From positions 744,001 to 808,000 of the forward strand of contig JBLDXI010000024.1 of NCBI GenBank assembly GCA_047495785.1: a stretch of 64,000 nt of DNA, read 5' to 3'. The stretch is from Lepidodermella squamata. Lineage: Eukaryota; Animalia; Gastrotricha. Position numbers and translations under genes: made by a program. The notes under the pieces are model-generated. The model had not been told where the DNA came from and ran no database searches. It saw nothing but the letters and a program-made list of their open reading frames with translations. Positions 24,856 through 38,264 of this stretch are shown here, piece after piece (positions within the stretch are counted from its first letter, which is position 1; every line of letters starts with the position of its first letter).

Positions 24856-26798
24856 TTAGGCGAAGATGGCAGCAACGTTGTCGAAACGAGAGACGATTTC
24901 GCGCATCTGACTGCGAAGATCATCCTCCTCGGTGGTGAAACGTCCCTTGTCAGTCTTGCCCTGGACGAATTTCTCGACTGACCCAGCTTGCTTGTTGAGC
25001 AAATCGCGAATTTGACCATCGATCTTGATCAACTCAGCGACTTTGTCAGCCGTGTCAATGCTCTCCGACTTCATAGTCTCGCGAATAGCCTGCAGTTCAT
25101 CGGCAGCCTCTTTCCACGCGCTTTGAAGCTTTGTGCGAGCGTTCGTGAAGGCAGCGACGTCTTTCGTTGTCTTGTATTTGTTCAAGGCGTCGGTGAATTT
25201 GTCGTAGTCTTCGTGCAGAGTTTTCACCTGGCGGTAGACAGCCTCAGAATGGCTGCTCGCCTTCATTTTAGCCTCAGCAGCTTCGTCACGGGTAATAGCG
25301 AAATCCATACGGACTAGGACGATCATGGTCAAGAAGAGAGTAAAGAAAGCTGTGGTGAACAGCAGAGGTTGGCGGAACAAGTAGATCGAACGGAAATTGA
25401 ACTCCAAAGTGAAGTCCTGGATATGCTGTTCGACCAAGTTCTTCGAGTGAGCGACGAAAATCGGACGAGCAATCGAGTCAGTGAAGTCGAAATAAACGTT
25501 GCGAGCCTCATTCGGGCGACGTTCAACCGGGTAGGGCGGGAAAAATTTCAGAATCCTGAGCAAACACAAATTGAATAAATCCAACAAACGCTTAGTTATA
25601 TTAAACTTACTCAGCGCTTTCCGGCAGAATGACCTTGATGGTGAAATCTTCAATGTGCTGATCATCATAAACGTGGTCGACTAGAGGCATCTTGAGAGCG
25701 AAATGGCCAGCGGTGCGATACAAGAACTGATGAGCAGGAACGTTGTAGCCAATATAGTAAACAGTCTTCCATCCACCGAAGAGCGGGAAACGCGGGCGGA
25801 TTTCGACTTCAACACCATCGCCGAGTTCACGGACGTTTGAGGTCGAGATATTGCCGATTTCGTCGCGGTAGTAGATATCGCGGGCAGCGGCAGGCAAAAC
25901 GGTCTTGAAAGATTTGATTGACGAAATGCCATCTTGGTGGATTTGGTAATCGTAGCGACTGAATGCACCAATGAGCTCAGCGCCGGAGTGATGGATTTCG
26001 TAGTGTTCCTCAATGGCAATGTTCGAGCCCCAGAGCGAGACGTCGACAATGCGGGTCATCTTGCGAACAGCCAGGAATGGTTTGTTATTTTCGAAGTGAA
26101 CCGATACTTCGAGCTCGGTGAACGGCTGGACATTTTCATAAGGTCCATAGGTGATGACGTTTTCAGACACCGAAACAGGCTTAGTCTTGGTGTAAGATTC
26201 AATCTGAGGAGAAGCCAGGTTGATTTTAACAGTCTCCGTCTTAATAGTGTAAGGTGACAGCAAGTGAACATTGCCAGTGAACAAGATCTTCTGGCGCTCA
26301 GATTGCTTGATCTTCTTAGGATAAGGTTGAATGGCACCGACGAAGACAACGTGAACCAATACGTTGGCACGTTCGTTGTTGCCAAGAGGCTGTGACAGTT
26401 TGATTTTCCAGACTTTGCGACCACTAATGAAGAAATTTATTAACTGATGAATGATTCAATTAAAAAATCGCACTTTTCTTTCTCTTTCTTTTCGGTAACT
26501 GTGAGTCGTTCTCGCTTGTCACCGGCCTTGGCCTGTTATGGAAGTATGAGAACGGATGATCGATAGCAACAAAAGTTATCCAACTTACAGATGCATCGAT
26601 GTAGACAACTTTGTCACCAAGAGTGCCATCTAGAGCATAGTCAACTTCAGATGTGCTCGATCCATCTCCGACAAATAGAAGTTTCTCCTCGATCTTCAAC
26701 AGATGACCGGTCAGGTCAAATTCACGATCCGCCTTCTCGATAGTAACGGCCGATGATAAGGCGATGGATCCGAGCAATACGAGTAATAAATACGACAT
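24856..26798 (-). CDS. RPN1: Ribophorin I (oligosaccharyltransferase subunit 1), 4 exons
   Basis: Signal peptide; PYPKKI.QSERQ, ITYGPYEN, FSRYDYQ, IYYRDEIGNISTS, RPRFPLFGGWK; single TM followed by a coiled cytosolic tail. Confidence 0.95.
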
Positions 26799-28004
26799 TC
26801 TGGGGAACACTATGAACCTATATGAAAATTAAGAAGGCAATATCAAATTACTGTTATTGAGCAAAGACACATTCAGCATTTAGCAACGCGCAAACGCAGC
26901 CAACTTGAATTTCCGACCGGAAGCTGCCGAAGCTGTGGTCAGAAAAACGCGAATTTCGGACTTCAGGAGTTGGGGGTAAGAATAAGGAAAGGTGGGGTAA
27001 TAAAGTAAAGGCATGTCGAGCATTTACGAGCCCAACTATACTGCGCTCCAAGTCACAGTCGAAAGTCGGAAGGTGAAAGCGACGTAGCATTTCGCGCTGA
27101 CAGGAAACTTGAAAAAAGCCGGCATCAGCTAAAATTTTGCGATGATCTTGTCGTTTATTTTCTCATAAATCTACTGTGAGGTAACTTTTTGTATACATTT
27201 AACAAAATTTTGAATATGTTGCCCAAGGTTTTTCGAAAACTTCGGCTGAAGTCACGTGGGCTAATGCAGCCTTCGTGGGCTTGATTGGCCGTCCAAGGTT
27301 CTGGTTGCGTTTCTTGTTTTTGGCACTTCGTGTCTTGTGTGTCGCACGTTATGTTTTCTTGTCCCTCTCATTTCGCTTGTTACATTTTTCTCTAGGGCCA
27401 TATAACGCATGTCAAACTTTGAAACACTTGATTTAAGCGTTTTACGCGTTTATTTTGTTACTTTTGAACCTGATGAGAACCACTCGTGAGTTTTCAAATG
27501 AACACAAGGAATGGAGATCTACCAGCTTCGAATTAGATGTTCACTGTTAACTGTACATTTTATGTGCGTTGAGAAAAATGCCCGCGTATGGCGAAACGAG
27601 TGATAAGAGCTGCCCTTTATGAATGAGCGTATTTAGTTTCTCATCAGTCAGGTTTCTGTTCAGTTGGATGTCATCCCTCACTGATTTTGCTGATGAATGT
27701 CCATGCAACATCCGACACCATTGTCGCAATTTAGTCTGTACATTCTTGAGCTAGGTACAATGATTGATAGCTAATGAGATGTGGGATAATATGGGAAGTG
27801 TAATGATATCATTTATATATTTAATTGCTGGTAAGGTTTCACCAAAACCTTTTTGGTCACTGCCTTTACCTGAAAAATTTGGAAGGAAACTGCTGTATAT
27901 TCTGTATATTCTGAATTTTCTTATCTATTCTCCCTCGGTCACCCTATTTGTATTCAGTACAAATTTACACTTATTTTTTCATTAGTTCCGTTATTTGATC
28001 AATT

Positions 28005-30569
28005 ATGGTTAAGAAAACCCGTGATAGGCGCGATCAGTATTCCAAGCTTGCTCGGGAAAGTGGATACAGATCTCGTGCCGCTTTCAAGCTACTCCAGCTC
28101 GACAGTAAGCTCAAATTTTTGGAACAAGCTCGATGCTGCGTAGATCTTTGTGCTGCTCCTGGTGGCTGGCTTCAGGCTGCAAAAGAACGCATGCCTGGTG
28201 GTACTATGATCATCGGTGTCGATTTAGTCCCAATTCGCCCTCTTCACGGAGTAATTACTTTGCAAGGTGATATTACTACGCAAGAGTGTCGCGCAGCTAT
28301 AATGCGGGAAATGACAAGTTGGCTCGCAGATGTCGTTCTTCATGACGGTTCGCCTAACATCGGCGGTAACTGGCCGCGTGAAGCTTTCGATCAAAACTGT
28401 CTCGTGTTATCTGCTCTTAAATTAGCCGCAGGCATTCTCAAGAAAGGCGGTGCTTTCGTCACTAAAGTTTTCCGTTCCCAAGATTACACTGCTTTACTGG
28501 GGTTATTCCGTCAACTTTTTACAAAAGTTCAGGCCACCAAGCCAGCTGCATCCCGTTCCGAATCTGCCGAAATTTTCGTCGTGTGCCAGGGTTATCAACC
28601 CGTGAAAGGCGAGGCTGCTGCTGAACTATTTGACGTTCAAAAGGTTTTTGCAGTCACTTCAGCTCCTACTCCAAACACGATGGCTCCAACGAGGAGTGGC
28701 GAAGCTGCTGCAGCTGCAGTTCTGCGCGAGCGAAAACGCCTTCATAAGAACCGCGAAGGTTATGAAGATAATACCGCCGGTAATCTGTCCTACGGCGCCC
28801 TTAGTGCTATGAAGTTCGTCATGTGCAACGACGGAACTCATGCTAAATTGATCGCAGAGTCGGGTTCGATCAAGCTGGACGATCCGCGTCTTGCCGATCA
28901 CCCGCTGACGACTGCTGAAATCAGGGAATGCTGCCGTGATGTTCGTGTCATTGGTCGTCGTGAATTACGACTTTTGCTTGCGTGGCGTCGCAAAATGAGC
29001 CGAATGCTGATGCGTGAGGAGAAAAAGAAGGAACAGAAAGAAGCACCGGCTGAGGAGGCCGAAAAAGTAGAAGTTGACGAGGTTGCGGAGGAGGAAGCTC
29101 GGACTAACGCTCAGATTGCTGCTTTGAAAGAAGCGGAGGAAAAGAAGCGAAAGAAAACGCTGAAGAAGCAACGCGAGTCTAAATTAGCAGCGAAGAAGCG
29201 AATGACTGCAGCTCCTGAAGCCGCGAAATTTAAAAGTGTCCATGATCTGCTGCTGGAAGAAGATGGTGGACAAAACGAGTTGTTTTCTCTTCGGCAGCTT
29301 AGATCATCTCAAGATTTGAATGCTGCTCTAGACGACGGAGATGCTGCTCAATTAGCTTCGTCGGAAGAGGAGGAAGACGAAGACGATGATACCTGGGCTT
29401 TGAAGCCACGTCGCAAGACTGTTGCTTACCAACGTGATGAGGATCGCGAATACGCCGACGAAGAACTAGCTCCACCAAAGGCGAGTGAAGAGGAAGATTC
29501 AAAGAAGCAGCGCAAAAAGGAGAAAAAATCGAAGAAGGAGAAGAGGTCGCAAGAAGGAAACGAGGAAGAGGAAGAAGCCGATGATCAACCGGTTGGCGAT
29601 TGTCCCCTTACTGTTTCGATGGAAATGCCGAACGAACGTGATAAGCGTTGCATCAAACAGTGGGAGAGCGCTGTTTCAGATATTGTTAAAGGCAAAAAGG
29701 ATGGTAAAGGTCGTAAGAGACACGAGTCCTCAAGTTCAGACGACGACTCTGACTCGAGTGATGACGATGATGAAGCCGGCTTGGGCGACGAGCTCGAAGA
29801 TTGGGAGCTGGAAGCGATGGCTCGTATCAAGGGCAAGGAGCCTGCCGAAGAAAAACCTGAAAAGCTCGAACCAAAAGTGAAAAAACAGAAAAAGATCAAG
29901 GACGATCTTGAAGACGATGACAGCTCAGATGAGGAAGCAAGCGGAGGTAAGCAGTCGAAAAAGTCGAAGAAATCGGGTAACAATAACCCCGATCTTGACC
30001 CGGTTTCTCTCGCCCTTGGTGCTAAACTGGTGAATAGTCGCAAAACTCGACGTGAAATAATCGAAGCTGGCTACAATCGCTACGCTTTCGGCCCTCATGA
30101 GAATCTACCCGGGTGGTTTATCAACAGCGAAAAAGATCATTATCAACCGAATTTACCTGTTACGCAACAGGAAATTCAAACGTATAAAGATCGTCTGAAG
30201 GCCCTGGATGCCCGGCCTATTAAACGTGTTGCTGAGGCTCGTGCTCGTAAAAAGAGGAAGATGATGGGCAAGATCGACGCTGCTCGCAAAGAGGCTGAGA
30301 AGTTGGCTGATAACGAGCAGATGACTGATGCCGAGAAACAAGCCGCCTTAAAACGGGTCTATCGCGCTGCTCGATCTGCGACTCGTAAGGACAATAAAGT
30401 CACCGTTGTTGTTGCTCGGGGTAAGTCGACGGGTAAACGGACGGTGCGGCCGCCGGGAGTGAAGGGCCGGTACAAGGTTGTCGATACTCGTATGAAGAAG
30501 GACATGCGTGCTGAGAAACGGGCTGCTGCTGGCGGGAAAGGTCGGAAAAAGGGAAAGGGTCGTCGTTAG
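28005..30569 (+). CDS. FTSJ3: pre-rRNA 2'-O-methyltransferase FTSJ3/SPB1, single exon
   Basis: GYRSRAAFKL, DLCAAPGGWLQ, DVVLHDGSPN, FVTKVFRS, SRSESAEIF (K-D-K-E tetrad) and Spb1 C-terminus ARPIKRVAEARARKK, RPPGVKGRYKVVD. Confidence 0.96.
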   Translation: MVKKTRDRRDQYSKLARESGYRSRAAFKLLQLDSKLKFLEQARCCVDLCAAPGGWLQAAKERMPGGTMIIGVDLVPIRPLHGVITLQGDITTQECRAAIMREMTSWLADVVLHDGSPNIGGNWPREAFDQNCLVLSALKLAAGILKKGGAFVTKVFRSQDYTALLGLFRQLFTKVQATKPAASRSESAEIFVVCQGYQPVKGEAAAELFDVQKVFAVTSAPTPNTMAPTRSGEAAAAAVLRERKRLHKNREGYEDNTAGNLSYGALSAMKFVMCNDGTHAKLIAESGSIKLDDPRLADHPLTTAEIRECCRDVRVIGRRELRLLLAWRRKMSRMLMREEKKKEQKEAPAEEAEKVEVDEVAEEEARTNAQIAALKEAEEKKRKKTLKKQRESKLAAKKRMTAAPEAAKFKSVHDLLLEEDGGQNELFSLRQLRSSQDLNAALDDGDAAQLASSEEEEDEDDDTWALKPRRKTVAYQRDEDREYADEELAPPKASEEEDSKKQRKKEKKSKKEKRSQEGNEEEEEADDQPVGDCPLTVSMEMPNERDKRCIKQWESAVSDIVKGKKDGKGRKRHESSSSDDDSDSSDDDDEAGLGDELEDWELEAMARIKGKEPAEEKPEKLEPKVKKQKKIKDDLEDDDSSDEEASGGKQSKKSKKSGNNNPDLDPVSLALGAKLVNSRKTRREIIEAGYNRYAFGPHENLPGWFINSEKDHYQPNLPVTQQEIQTYKDRLKALDARPIKRVAEARARKKRKMMGKIDAARKEAEKLADNEQMTDAEKQAALKRVYRAARSATRKDNKVTVVVARGKSTGKRTVRPPGVKGRYKVVDTRMKKDMRAEKRAAAGGKGRKKGKGRR

Positions 30570-30710
30570 CTCAAATAATAAATTGTGCACTTGTTTCGTG
30601 AATCGCCATTGATTCACGTTTTATTTACTAAATAAAAAGTGTCTTCCAAAGTTGATTTTATCGCTCTATTATCTTTATTTTTCTACCTTGTAGAGATTTT
30701 AAAGATACAA

Positions 30711-33700
30711 ATGTCAGGTGGGCTGTTGGAGGACCTCAACTTCGATCGAGCCGATGAAGACTCGATGGAGCTGGTCGGCAAGATCCAGCTTAAAAAATAC
30801 GGCCAGTTTCTCACGGAATTCGCGCTGAGTTTTCAAGTCGCTCGCGAAGAATTGGTCGATCGAGCACCTCGTCAGACCCTAAATTTACCTATGCGAGTCC
30901 TCGATGTGATTCAATACGAAAGCATATCGTTACTGGAACTAGTATCGAGTGAAAATCGACTGTTTCGAAAAATCATGTTGTCTCTAACTTCGCTATGCTT
31001 CGAAATTCAACAGCTGAAATCAGAGGCTGATATTTTGTTGAATTCTTTCATTTTCTACGGAGAAGCTAAGACCACCCATGAAGAAGCGCTGAAATCAGGC
31101 GAAGCCCAGCAACAAGTCGGCCGAATGTTGGCAGCTTTTCAGCAGCTATCCTCCTTTGTCAATCGAGCTGGCGAAGTGATTCGAGCTGTCATCCAACAAA
31201 TTTCGGCGTTACATGGCGGTCTGAGAAGCCCGCCGAACAATGTGCCGTTCATTGATTCAAATGACCTGCATTTGCTGACTGTTTACGAGCATTTGCTAGA
31301 CTTGCTTGGTTCGCTTGTTTCATTCGACTGCGTTTTGTCGAATCACGCTGTTCTCGAGGAGCAGTGGCAATCTTATCGACGAACCCTAGCTTCTGCCATG
31401 CAAAACCCTGGTAAAGTTGGCGTTGAGGTTGACAGGTACGTTTTGCATTCATTTCACAAATTTCTATAAAAGTAAACGTTTACTATAGACTGCGACCGTT
31501 CGATCGTTATCTGATGCGTTTGAAGGGCCAGCTACTCGATGGCGTTATCCTACAAGTCTGTATCGAACAGGAATACGAAAATGCCGAAGTTTTCGTTAAC
31601 AAGAACCAAAAATTGGCAAAAGAGCTGAAATTCGTCATTCATCGATTGGCTGAACTGCTAATGGAAAGAATTGGCGAGCCGGGCGAAACTGATCACCGCA
31701 ACAAATTCATCGGTCTTTGCGGGCTGATCCTCCTCGATTTTCACCTGTATCGATCGCCTGATAAGAAAACGATGAAGTTCATCTGGAATGTTCACAAGAA
31801 ACTGCCTTTGATTTGCGTTGGCGGCATGTATTTCTTCCAGCCTACTAAATTTCTAGCCACAAAAATTCAAGGCTTGAACAAATTACTGTCGAACAGCGAG
31901 TTGCAAGCTGGCGGAGATGCGGCGCTAACTGCTTGGCTAGTATCGAAAGAGCAGAATTTAGACAAAACAGTGACGTATTGTGAGGCACAGACTGTTAACT
32001 GGCTAGTCCAAGCCGCTCGTGAGTTCGATACCTACTCCATGGAAAAGCAACGCGCCGGCGGGGTTGAGGCTCAACTGGCCCATCGCGCTGAGTTGCTGAT
32101 AGCTGGACTACTCCACGCCTCAGGAATGACCCACTTCATCCGAACACTGCTAACTGCATATGTCGCGGCTAATCGACGTGCTGGAAAAGCGTTGATTCTT
32201 CAACTCTGCCGACTTGTCGAATGTGTGAAGGCCATCGAGAGGATGTATGCAGAAAAAACACTGCAAATTGCGCGTGTTTTGCCCTACATCGTCGAATTTC
32301 TGTCTTATCAGCTTGCTGTTACGCTTCGCACTGTTCGGCGAGAATTTGGTAAGTTTTCCATAAATCGACAAATTTTCAAATAAATGAGTCTGTTTCAGCT
32401 GGTTCTAAAGGCACTGTTGACTTGAAGAAAGCCGATGGCATTGCCGCCTTGCAGTTAGCTGAAGACATGGCAGCTGGACCATTGACACCACAGCGCTTGG
32501 TTGTCATCAAAACTAGCCTCGATTTCGCCTTCAAATTCGTGAGCATTTTTCAAAAATTCCTCCTTAAAATTTTTTAAAATCTTGAATTTTTCAGAATTGT
32601 TTTAATGATGAGCAATTGAAAGCTGTGTATGCACTGGTTCAAAAGCTGTCATCAATTGTTCCGTTATTCAGTGGAATTCGAACTGCTGCTAATCTGGACC
32701 TGCTCTACTGGCACAGGCATGCTTTGTTGACGGTTTTTCTGCGCCACGCCTACGAAAACGGCGAGGATATTCGTCGTCTACCGTTTTTGATCGATGCGCT
32801 TCAAGACGGCTACGTGCCAATTGCAGCGTGTCGTCATCTTGAATCGCCGAATCAGCTGGCTGAATTTTACTTTGACGACGTTTTCGACGTTATCAACGGC
32901 GAGTTGTTGTCCCATTTGTGTACCGACATTGAAAACGACCTGCGAATTTCAACGCATACGCATTTGAAGTTGGACGATCGAAATCCGTTGAAAATGGGCA
33001 TGAAGGACTTGAAGCAATGTATCCGACTGCCGCCTCTGGTTTTCTACAACCGAGTTATCAACGTTAAATCGCACGTCGAACGCCATTTGGATCGAATTTT
33101 CTACAATTTGACGACAGTTGCCCTGCATGATTGGATGACTTACGGCAAAATGAGGTTGCTAGCCAGCTATCGTTACGGCCTTGACCTCGTCGATTCGCAT
33201 CTACCGAGTCAAACGCTGGAACAAGGCATGGATGCGTTGATAATCATGCGTGAAATCGACGCATTTACCGAAAGTTATTTCTACAACTTGAACAATCAAG
33301 TTTTCATTGAAAAGCGGTCGAAAAACAGCTTTTTCAACGTCGTCAACATTCGGCATGTTTCGAACTCGATTCGAACGCACGGCACTGGTATCATGAATAC
33401 CATGGTCAATTATTGCTATCAATTCTTGCGAAACCGGCTGAATGCTTTCGCGCTATTTTTGGCTGATGAGAACATCAAATCGCGATTGATGAAGGATATT
33501 CGGTATTTCCGTGAAAATCACTGGAACAAAGACCAGCGGTACCCCCATGACAGGGCTGACAAGTTCAACAAAGGTAGGAATTTCGCCAGAAATATCCTTC
33601 TTAATTTTTCTAATATTTTTCTTATCAGGTATTCGAAAACTGGGCGTTGAAAACGGGCTGAGTTTTCTCGATAAATTTCGCATGCTGATCACGCATATCG

Positions 33701-34892
33701 GCAATGCTCTCGGTTTCGTGCGAATGATTCGTTCCGGCGGTATGCACTGCATTTCCGAAGCCGTTCGCTTCATCCCCGACCCGGGCGATCTACCCGACTT
33801 CCGGGCCCTGGCCGAACAGGACGGGTTCATGGGTACCGTCCTTGAATCAGCCGGAAATTTGACTGATTTGCTCGACAGTCAGACGAAATCGTTCAGCTCT
33901 TGCGTCGACTACTTCAAACTGCTGATCAATGTTTTCGCGAATGAAATGCGCGACCCGAAGCGCATTCATCTCAAAAATTTCTACGTCATCGTACCGCCCT
34001 TGGTAATTCATCTTTTTCTAATAAATTTGGCTATAATTAAGGGTGTGCCAACTGGAAATCTGAACTCATGCTTCCAGTTCTAAGAAATTATTCCGCGTAT
34101 TTCTTTTATGAGCGGTCCGTTTACGAGTTATACTTCAGCTTCCAGAGCCGATATCGATTCCACTTATCGATTTTACAAATTAGTGATTTTTCCGATATCA
34201 TCTTGAAAGCAACTTCAAAAATGAAACAAATGGCTAAAAATGACAAAATCCCCGGTTCATGGGGTCACCCCTCTCGACCGAGAAAAGGAAAGGCAAAGAA
34301 TCTCAAATAATCAATATAATTTAGTGCTGGAGCCTCAATTTTTATTTGTGCAAATATTTGGACCCTTAACATAATTTGAAATTAATTTAAATTTAAATTT
34401 TGTAAATAAAAATGGTAAAAAATGGCATCCCATTTTAATATTTTTGTCAATTTTCAGACTGTGAATTTTGTCGAGTATATTATGGCGAGCAAAGAGAGGA
34501 TCAATCGTAAAAACGTCGAAGGTTCAGCTTTTACTGATGACGGTTTTGCCATGGGAGTCGCATATCTTCTGACCATGCTCGACCAATGGGAGGATTTCGA
34601 CTCTTTGCACTGGTTCCAGTCGGTGAAAGCTAAGCATATGAACGAGCAGAAAGGCGCGCAAGTTCAACTTCAGTCGAACAACGGCACCACGGACGACAAG
34701 TTGCGGCAAACTCTGCAGTTGACCCTATCGAGATTGACCAGTTACCAACGCGAGTTCGACTTGGTATCGTTCTCTCTGACCTCGGCTCGAATTTTCTTCA
34801 GAAATGACAGCTCGAGTGATCAGGAGACGAAACCGTCCAGTCAGGCCCAGACTCAACCGCCACCAGCCGAATCGAGCGCTGGTGCTCAATGA
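30711..34892 (+). CDS. WASHC4: WASH complex subunit 4 (SWIP/KIAA1033), multi-exon
   Basis: QLKKYGQFL, IENDLR, FYNLTTVALHDW.TY, HLPSQTLEQG, YNLNNQVFIEK, IRHVSNSIRTHGTGIMNT, FTDDGFAMGVAY, FDSLHWFQSV, SARIFF. Confidence 0.95.
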
Positions 34893-36869
34893 AATTTCCC
34901 GGATTAATTATTATTTATAAATTGGTGCCGATTTTTTCGTTCAATTTTTCGATTGCGTTTCGGTGCTATTATATAATGCGTAGAATTACGACTATTTATA
35001 CCTTGCCTACAATTTTACTGCTTTTCAACAAGTGACGAATCGAATGAGGCGCGATTGGTATTTGTATTTGCACAATCTATCGGAAAATTCATGTTATGTT
35101 GTGAATCGACGGCAGAAATTATTGTGATCCGAAATGACGATATTATTATTCTTGCAATAAAGCGTGAAAATTGGTTTAGTCCATTTTCGAGTTATCGAGG
35201 TTTAACAGCATCCCTGAATCATCGGTGTCCGGCTGCAGTAGAGATGAGTTGATGAAACAAGTTTGGTTCGGAGGTCGAAAAATAATACGAGTTTTCGGGA
35301 ATCCTTCGATAAAAACAATTTTAAGCATTCGATTCCGGGTGATTGTCAACATCGAATTCTTGGTATGAAGCCGTTGCAACGGTCTTCGAAATCGAACTTC
35401 AAGATAACAAAATTTGACATTGAAAGGTTACAGCTAATTAAAAAAAATCGTGCCGATTGTGAAAAAATCAGTCTTGAAATCTGACTTGGTAGGATTATTT
35501 CATTCGACGATTTGGGTTGACATACGGAGAATTTCGTGGCCAAGTAGGACCTCTGTCAATGGTATGAAAATGACTTCGCTGTCGGTTTATAGAAAATCTC
35601 CCTCAATAGTAGTAAATTGCCTCGAAATTCTAGTCAATTAGCCATTACTTGGAGGCCCCGCTGCCGCCAGCAAGGTCGAAGCCCCACCGCAGCATCAAGC
35701 TATCGCGGTTCCGACTCCTGTCGCGATCACTGTCGACCGCATGAAATCAACAGCTTGAAATTTCAAGCCAAAAAAATAGCCACTCTTCATTGTATTATAA
35801 AAACGGTGATATAAATTTTCAATAAACATTATTATTGCAATTGAACGTCTTTTGGAGAGTAACTTCGATATTAGCCATGCGCATTTACTATGGACTCATT
35901 ATCGATCTGTGTGGGAAAATCGTATGCAAATGTTATAATTCTATCCGAGGTGTCGAGGTCCGAGACAAAATCAATTTATATATAATAAAGTCAAAAACGA
36001 GAGTACCACTCATTTAGCAAGCATTCGCAAGCCTTGGGCGCAGTATTTACGCCCCTTTTCTTCGCGCTTTATACTGTAGAATCGGATTTATTCACACCTA
36101 GAATATAATGGTAAATACGGAAGGCAGTATAGTTCCAGATCTCATTTTCAGTTTCCGAGTAATCAACTATTATTAGAGATTACAGCCGGCGATACCTATA
36201 GCTTCAGAGCCATACACAAAACAGTTAACACAAAGCAGTTTCTTAACAGCCATTGATTTGTTTACCCCAAGTGAGTATTTCGCGTTGGGACATAGAGATG
36301 ATAGCCTCGTCTATGATGCATTAGCTACTATTTTTTGGCCTTATTTTCCCATCGCTTTTTCCGAACCTGCTGCAGGCACAGGCTAGCATAGGGTGCGAGA
36401 TACTTTAATACGGCGTCGATCTGAATATCGATTGAAAAGCCTCTCGATACTAAGTTGTAGTACGTCGCGAGGGATGAATTGTTTTGATATTATGCAAAAA
36501 TGTGTCACAAAACAATACGCTTCGCCTTGTTTTCTTCATATATAAGGATGCTCAACAGCAATATAAATAAGTGGGTCACAATAACGATAAGTATTTCCCC
36601 TATACTTTCGTAGGCCTTTACGCCTATCCTATATATACCGTACGACGCTAAAATCGAATATCCATCCTCCTACACCAGTTAACTTATTTTAGTTCGCCCA
36701 GAGCCAAACTGTAGTCCGTGCTTTTAAAATGTTTAAAAATAATAAAACAAAACAGCTTCTCTCTATACTTTTTAGGCTCAAATTGGCTGTAAATGGGTAT
36801 CATCAAACATTTCTCAGCAGCACTGGCTTATCAGTTTGAGATCCTATAACAAAGAGCCGTTGTTCCGAA

Positions 36870-38264
36870 ATGATTGCTCGCTGGAATTTCTCAAAAGGTA
36901 GAACATTTTTGGAGATTAACTTTTCGTTAATGTTGATTTTTACTAAAGGCTCCGGTTTTTTGGCTGTTCTGGCTATTTCAGCAATCGGAATAGTCTTGCT
37001 CAGCTTCTCAATCTACACCAAAGACAATGCTGACCAAATAGCTGTCGATGAAGTGGCTCCTACGGCTGAAGATAACAATCCTATTCCGATGAAAACTAGT
37101 CATCTACCAATTTATCCGATAATTGACAAGAGCCATCTCAAGAGCAGAAGAATTTCACCGAAATTGACAAGTCATAAAATTCCGACGATTTTATTTTGGA
37201 ATGATATCTACCCGCGCAACAGCGATAGAGCTCTCCCGGTGTCTTTCAGCTCGCAAAAATTGAACTGCTCCTCGGCATATCTCAGACCTGATCAAAAGTG
37301 CTTCTTCACTAGCGACCACAGCTATCTGAAAGACGCTCAAGTTGTCTCGATACAGTATCGCCGTTGGCACCCGAACCAGCCGCCTCCTAAAGTTGACCGG
37401 CCTCCTGGTCAAGTTTGGATGTTTCATATTTGGGAGAGCCCTGATCATGTGTATGACTGGAATTGGAGGGTAAGCAGACAATCGCCAAAATTACTTGAGC
37501 AATGGGCAAATTTTTTCAACTGGACCATGACTTATCGACTCGACTCTACAGTACCTTATGTTTATGGCCAGTTTTTACCTCGGGCCGAGCCTGATTTCAG
37601 TCGAAATTACAACCGACTAGGGAAAAAGAAGAGATCAGCTGTTTGGATGTCTGGCAATTGCGATACATCCTCGCATCGGGAAAATTACCTGAAAGAACTC
37701 GAAAAATCTGGCATCGACGTTGAGATTATTGGCCAGTGTCAAGGAACGCCGAGTATTCTCGTAAAAAACGGCGAGAAAATTTGTCAGCGAACGAGTTTGT
37801 TCAGCACTGAAGAGGAGTGCCATCGCCGCATCGCCTCAACTTACAAATTTTACCTAGCCTTCGAAAATTCCCTCTGCCGAGATTACGTGACTGAAAAGTT
37901 CTACCGGGCTGCTATGCTTGACTTGATACCAGTTGTGTTCAATGGTGCCAATATGTCGCTATTCGCGCCGCCGAATTCCTATATTGACGCGAAGGATTTC
38001 AAGTCACCAAAGGCGTTGGCTGGGTTTTTGAAAAAAGTGGGCTCTGATCCGAAGCTGTACAACTCCTATTTCGCTTGGAAACCCTACTACGACGTCGAGC
38101 ACACCTGGGAAGGCATGACTTACACCAAAAACCTATGTAAATTATGTTCTATGGCTCATGCTGCTGATCGTAAAGGTGTGACAGAAACTACTTCATATTC
38201 CAACCTTGAAGAATGGTGGGTAAAAGGCAAATGCGTTGAAGGACAGTCGACATGGCCTTCTTGA
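36870..38264 (+). CDS. Alpha-1,3-fucosyltransferase (GT10), tandem copy 1
   Basis: Type II TM anchor; WESP, FNWTMTYRLDS, YKFYLAFENSLCRDYVTEK, APPNSYID; one short in-frame intron after the first ~9 codons. Confidence 0.92.
   Translation: MIARWNFSKGRTFLEINFSLMLIFTKGSGFLAVLAISAIGIVLLSFSIYTKDNADQIAVDEVAPTAEDNNPIPMKTSHLPIYPIIDKSHLKSRRISPKLTSHKIPTILFWNDIYPRNSDRALPVSFSSQKLNCSSAYLRPDQKCFFTSDHSYLKDAQVVSIQYRRWHPNQPPPKVDRPPGQVWMFHIWESPDHVYDWNWRVSRQSPKLLEQWANFFNWTMTYRLDSTVPYVYGQFLPRAEPDFSRNYNRLGKKKRSAVWMSGNCDTSSHRENYLKELEKSGIDVEIIGQCQGTPSILVKNGEKICQRTSLFSTEEECHRRIASTYKFYLAFENSLCRDYVTEKFYRAAMLDLIPVVFNGANMSLFAPPNSYIDAKDFKSPKALAGFLKKVGSDPKLYNSYFAWKPYYDVEHTWEGMTYTKNLCKLCSMAHAADRKGVTETTSYSNLEEWWVKGKCVEGQSTWPS

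Noticed and set aside
24020-24981. Plus-strand ORFs of 158 and 169 aa
   Set aside because: No motifs; they overlap the antisense 3' end and probable 3' UTR of RPN1.
19061-30043. Long antisense ORFs (19061-19603, 22543-23148, 29585-30043)
   Set aside because: Shadow frames of WDR91 and FTSJ3 coding sequence.
34037-34369. TTAA-GGGT...ACCC-TTAA element in the WASHC4 intron
   Set aside because: Only ~4 bp of inverted match; too weak to call, though the intron is enlarged.
35055-35820. Possible small spliced gene between WASHC4 and the fucosyltransferases
   Set aside because: I could not build a stop-free exon chain or recognise any motif.
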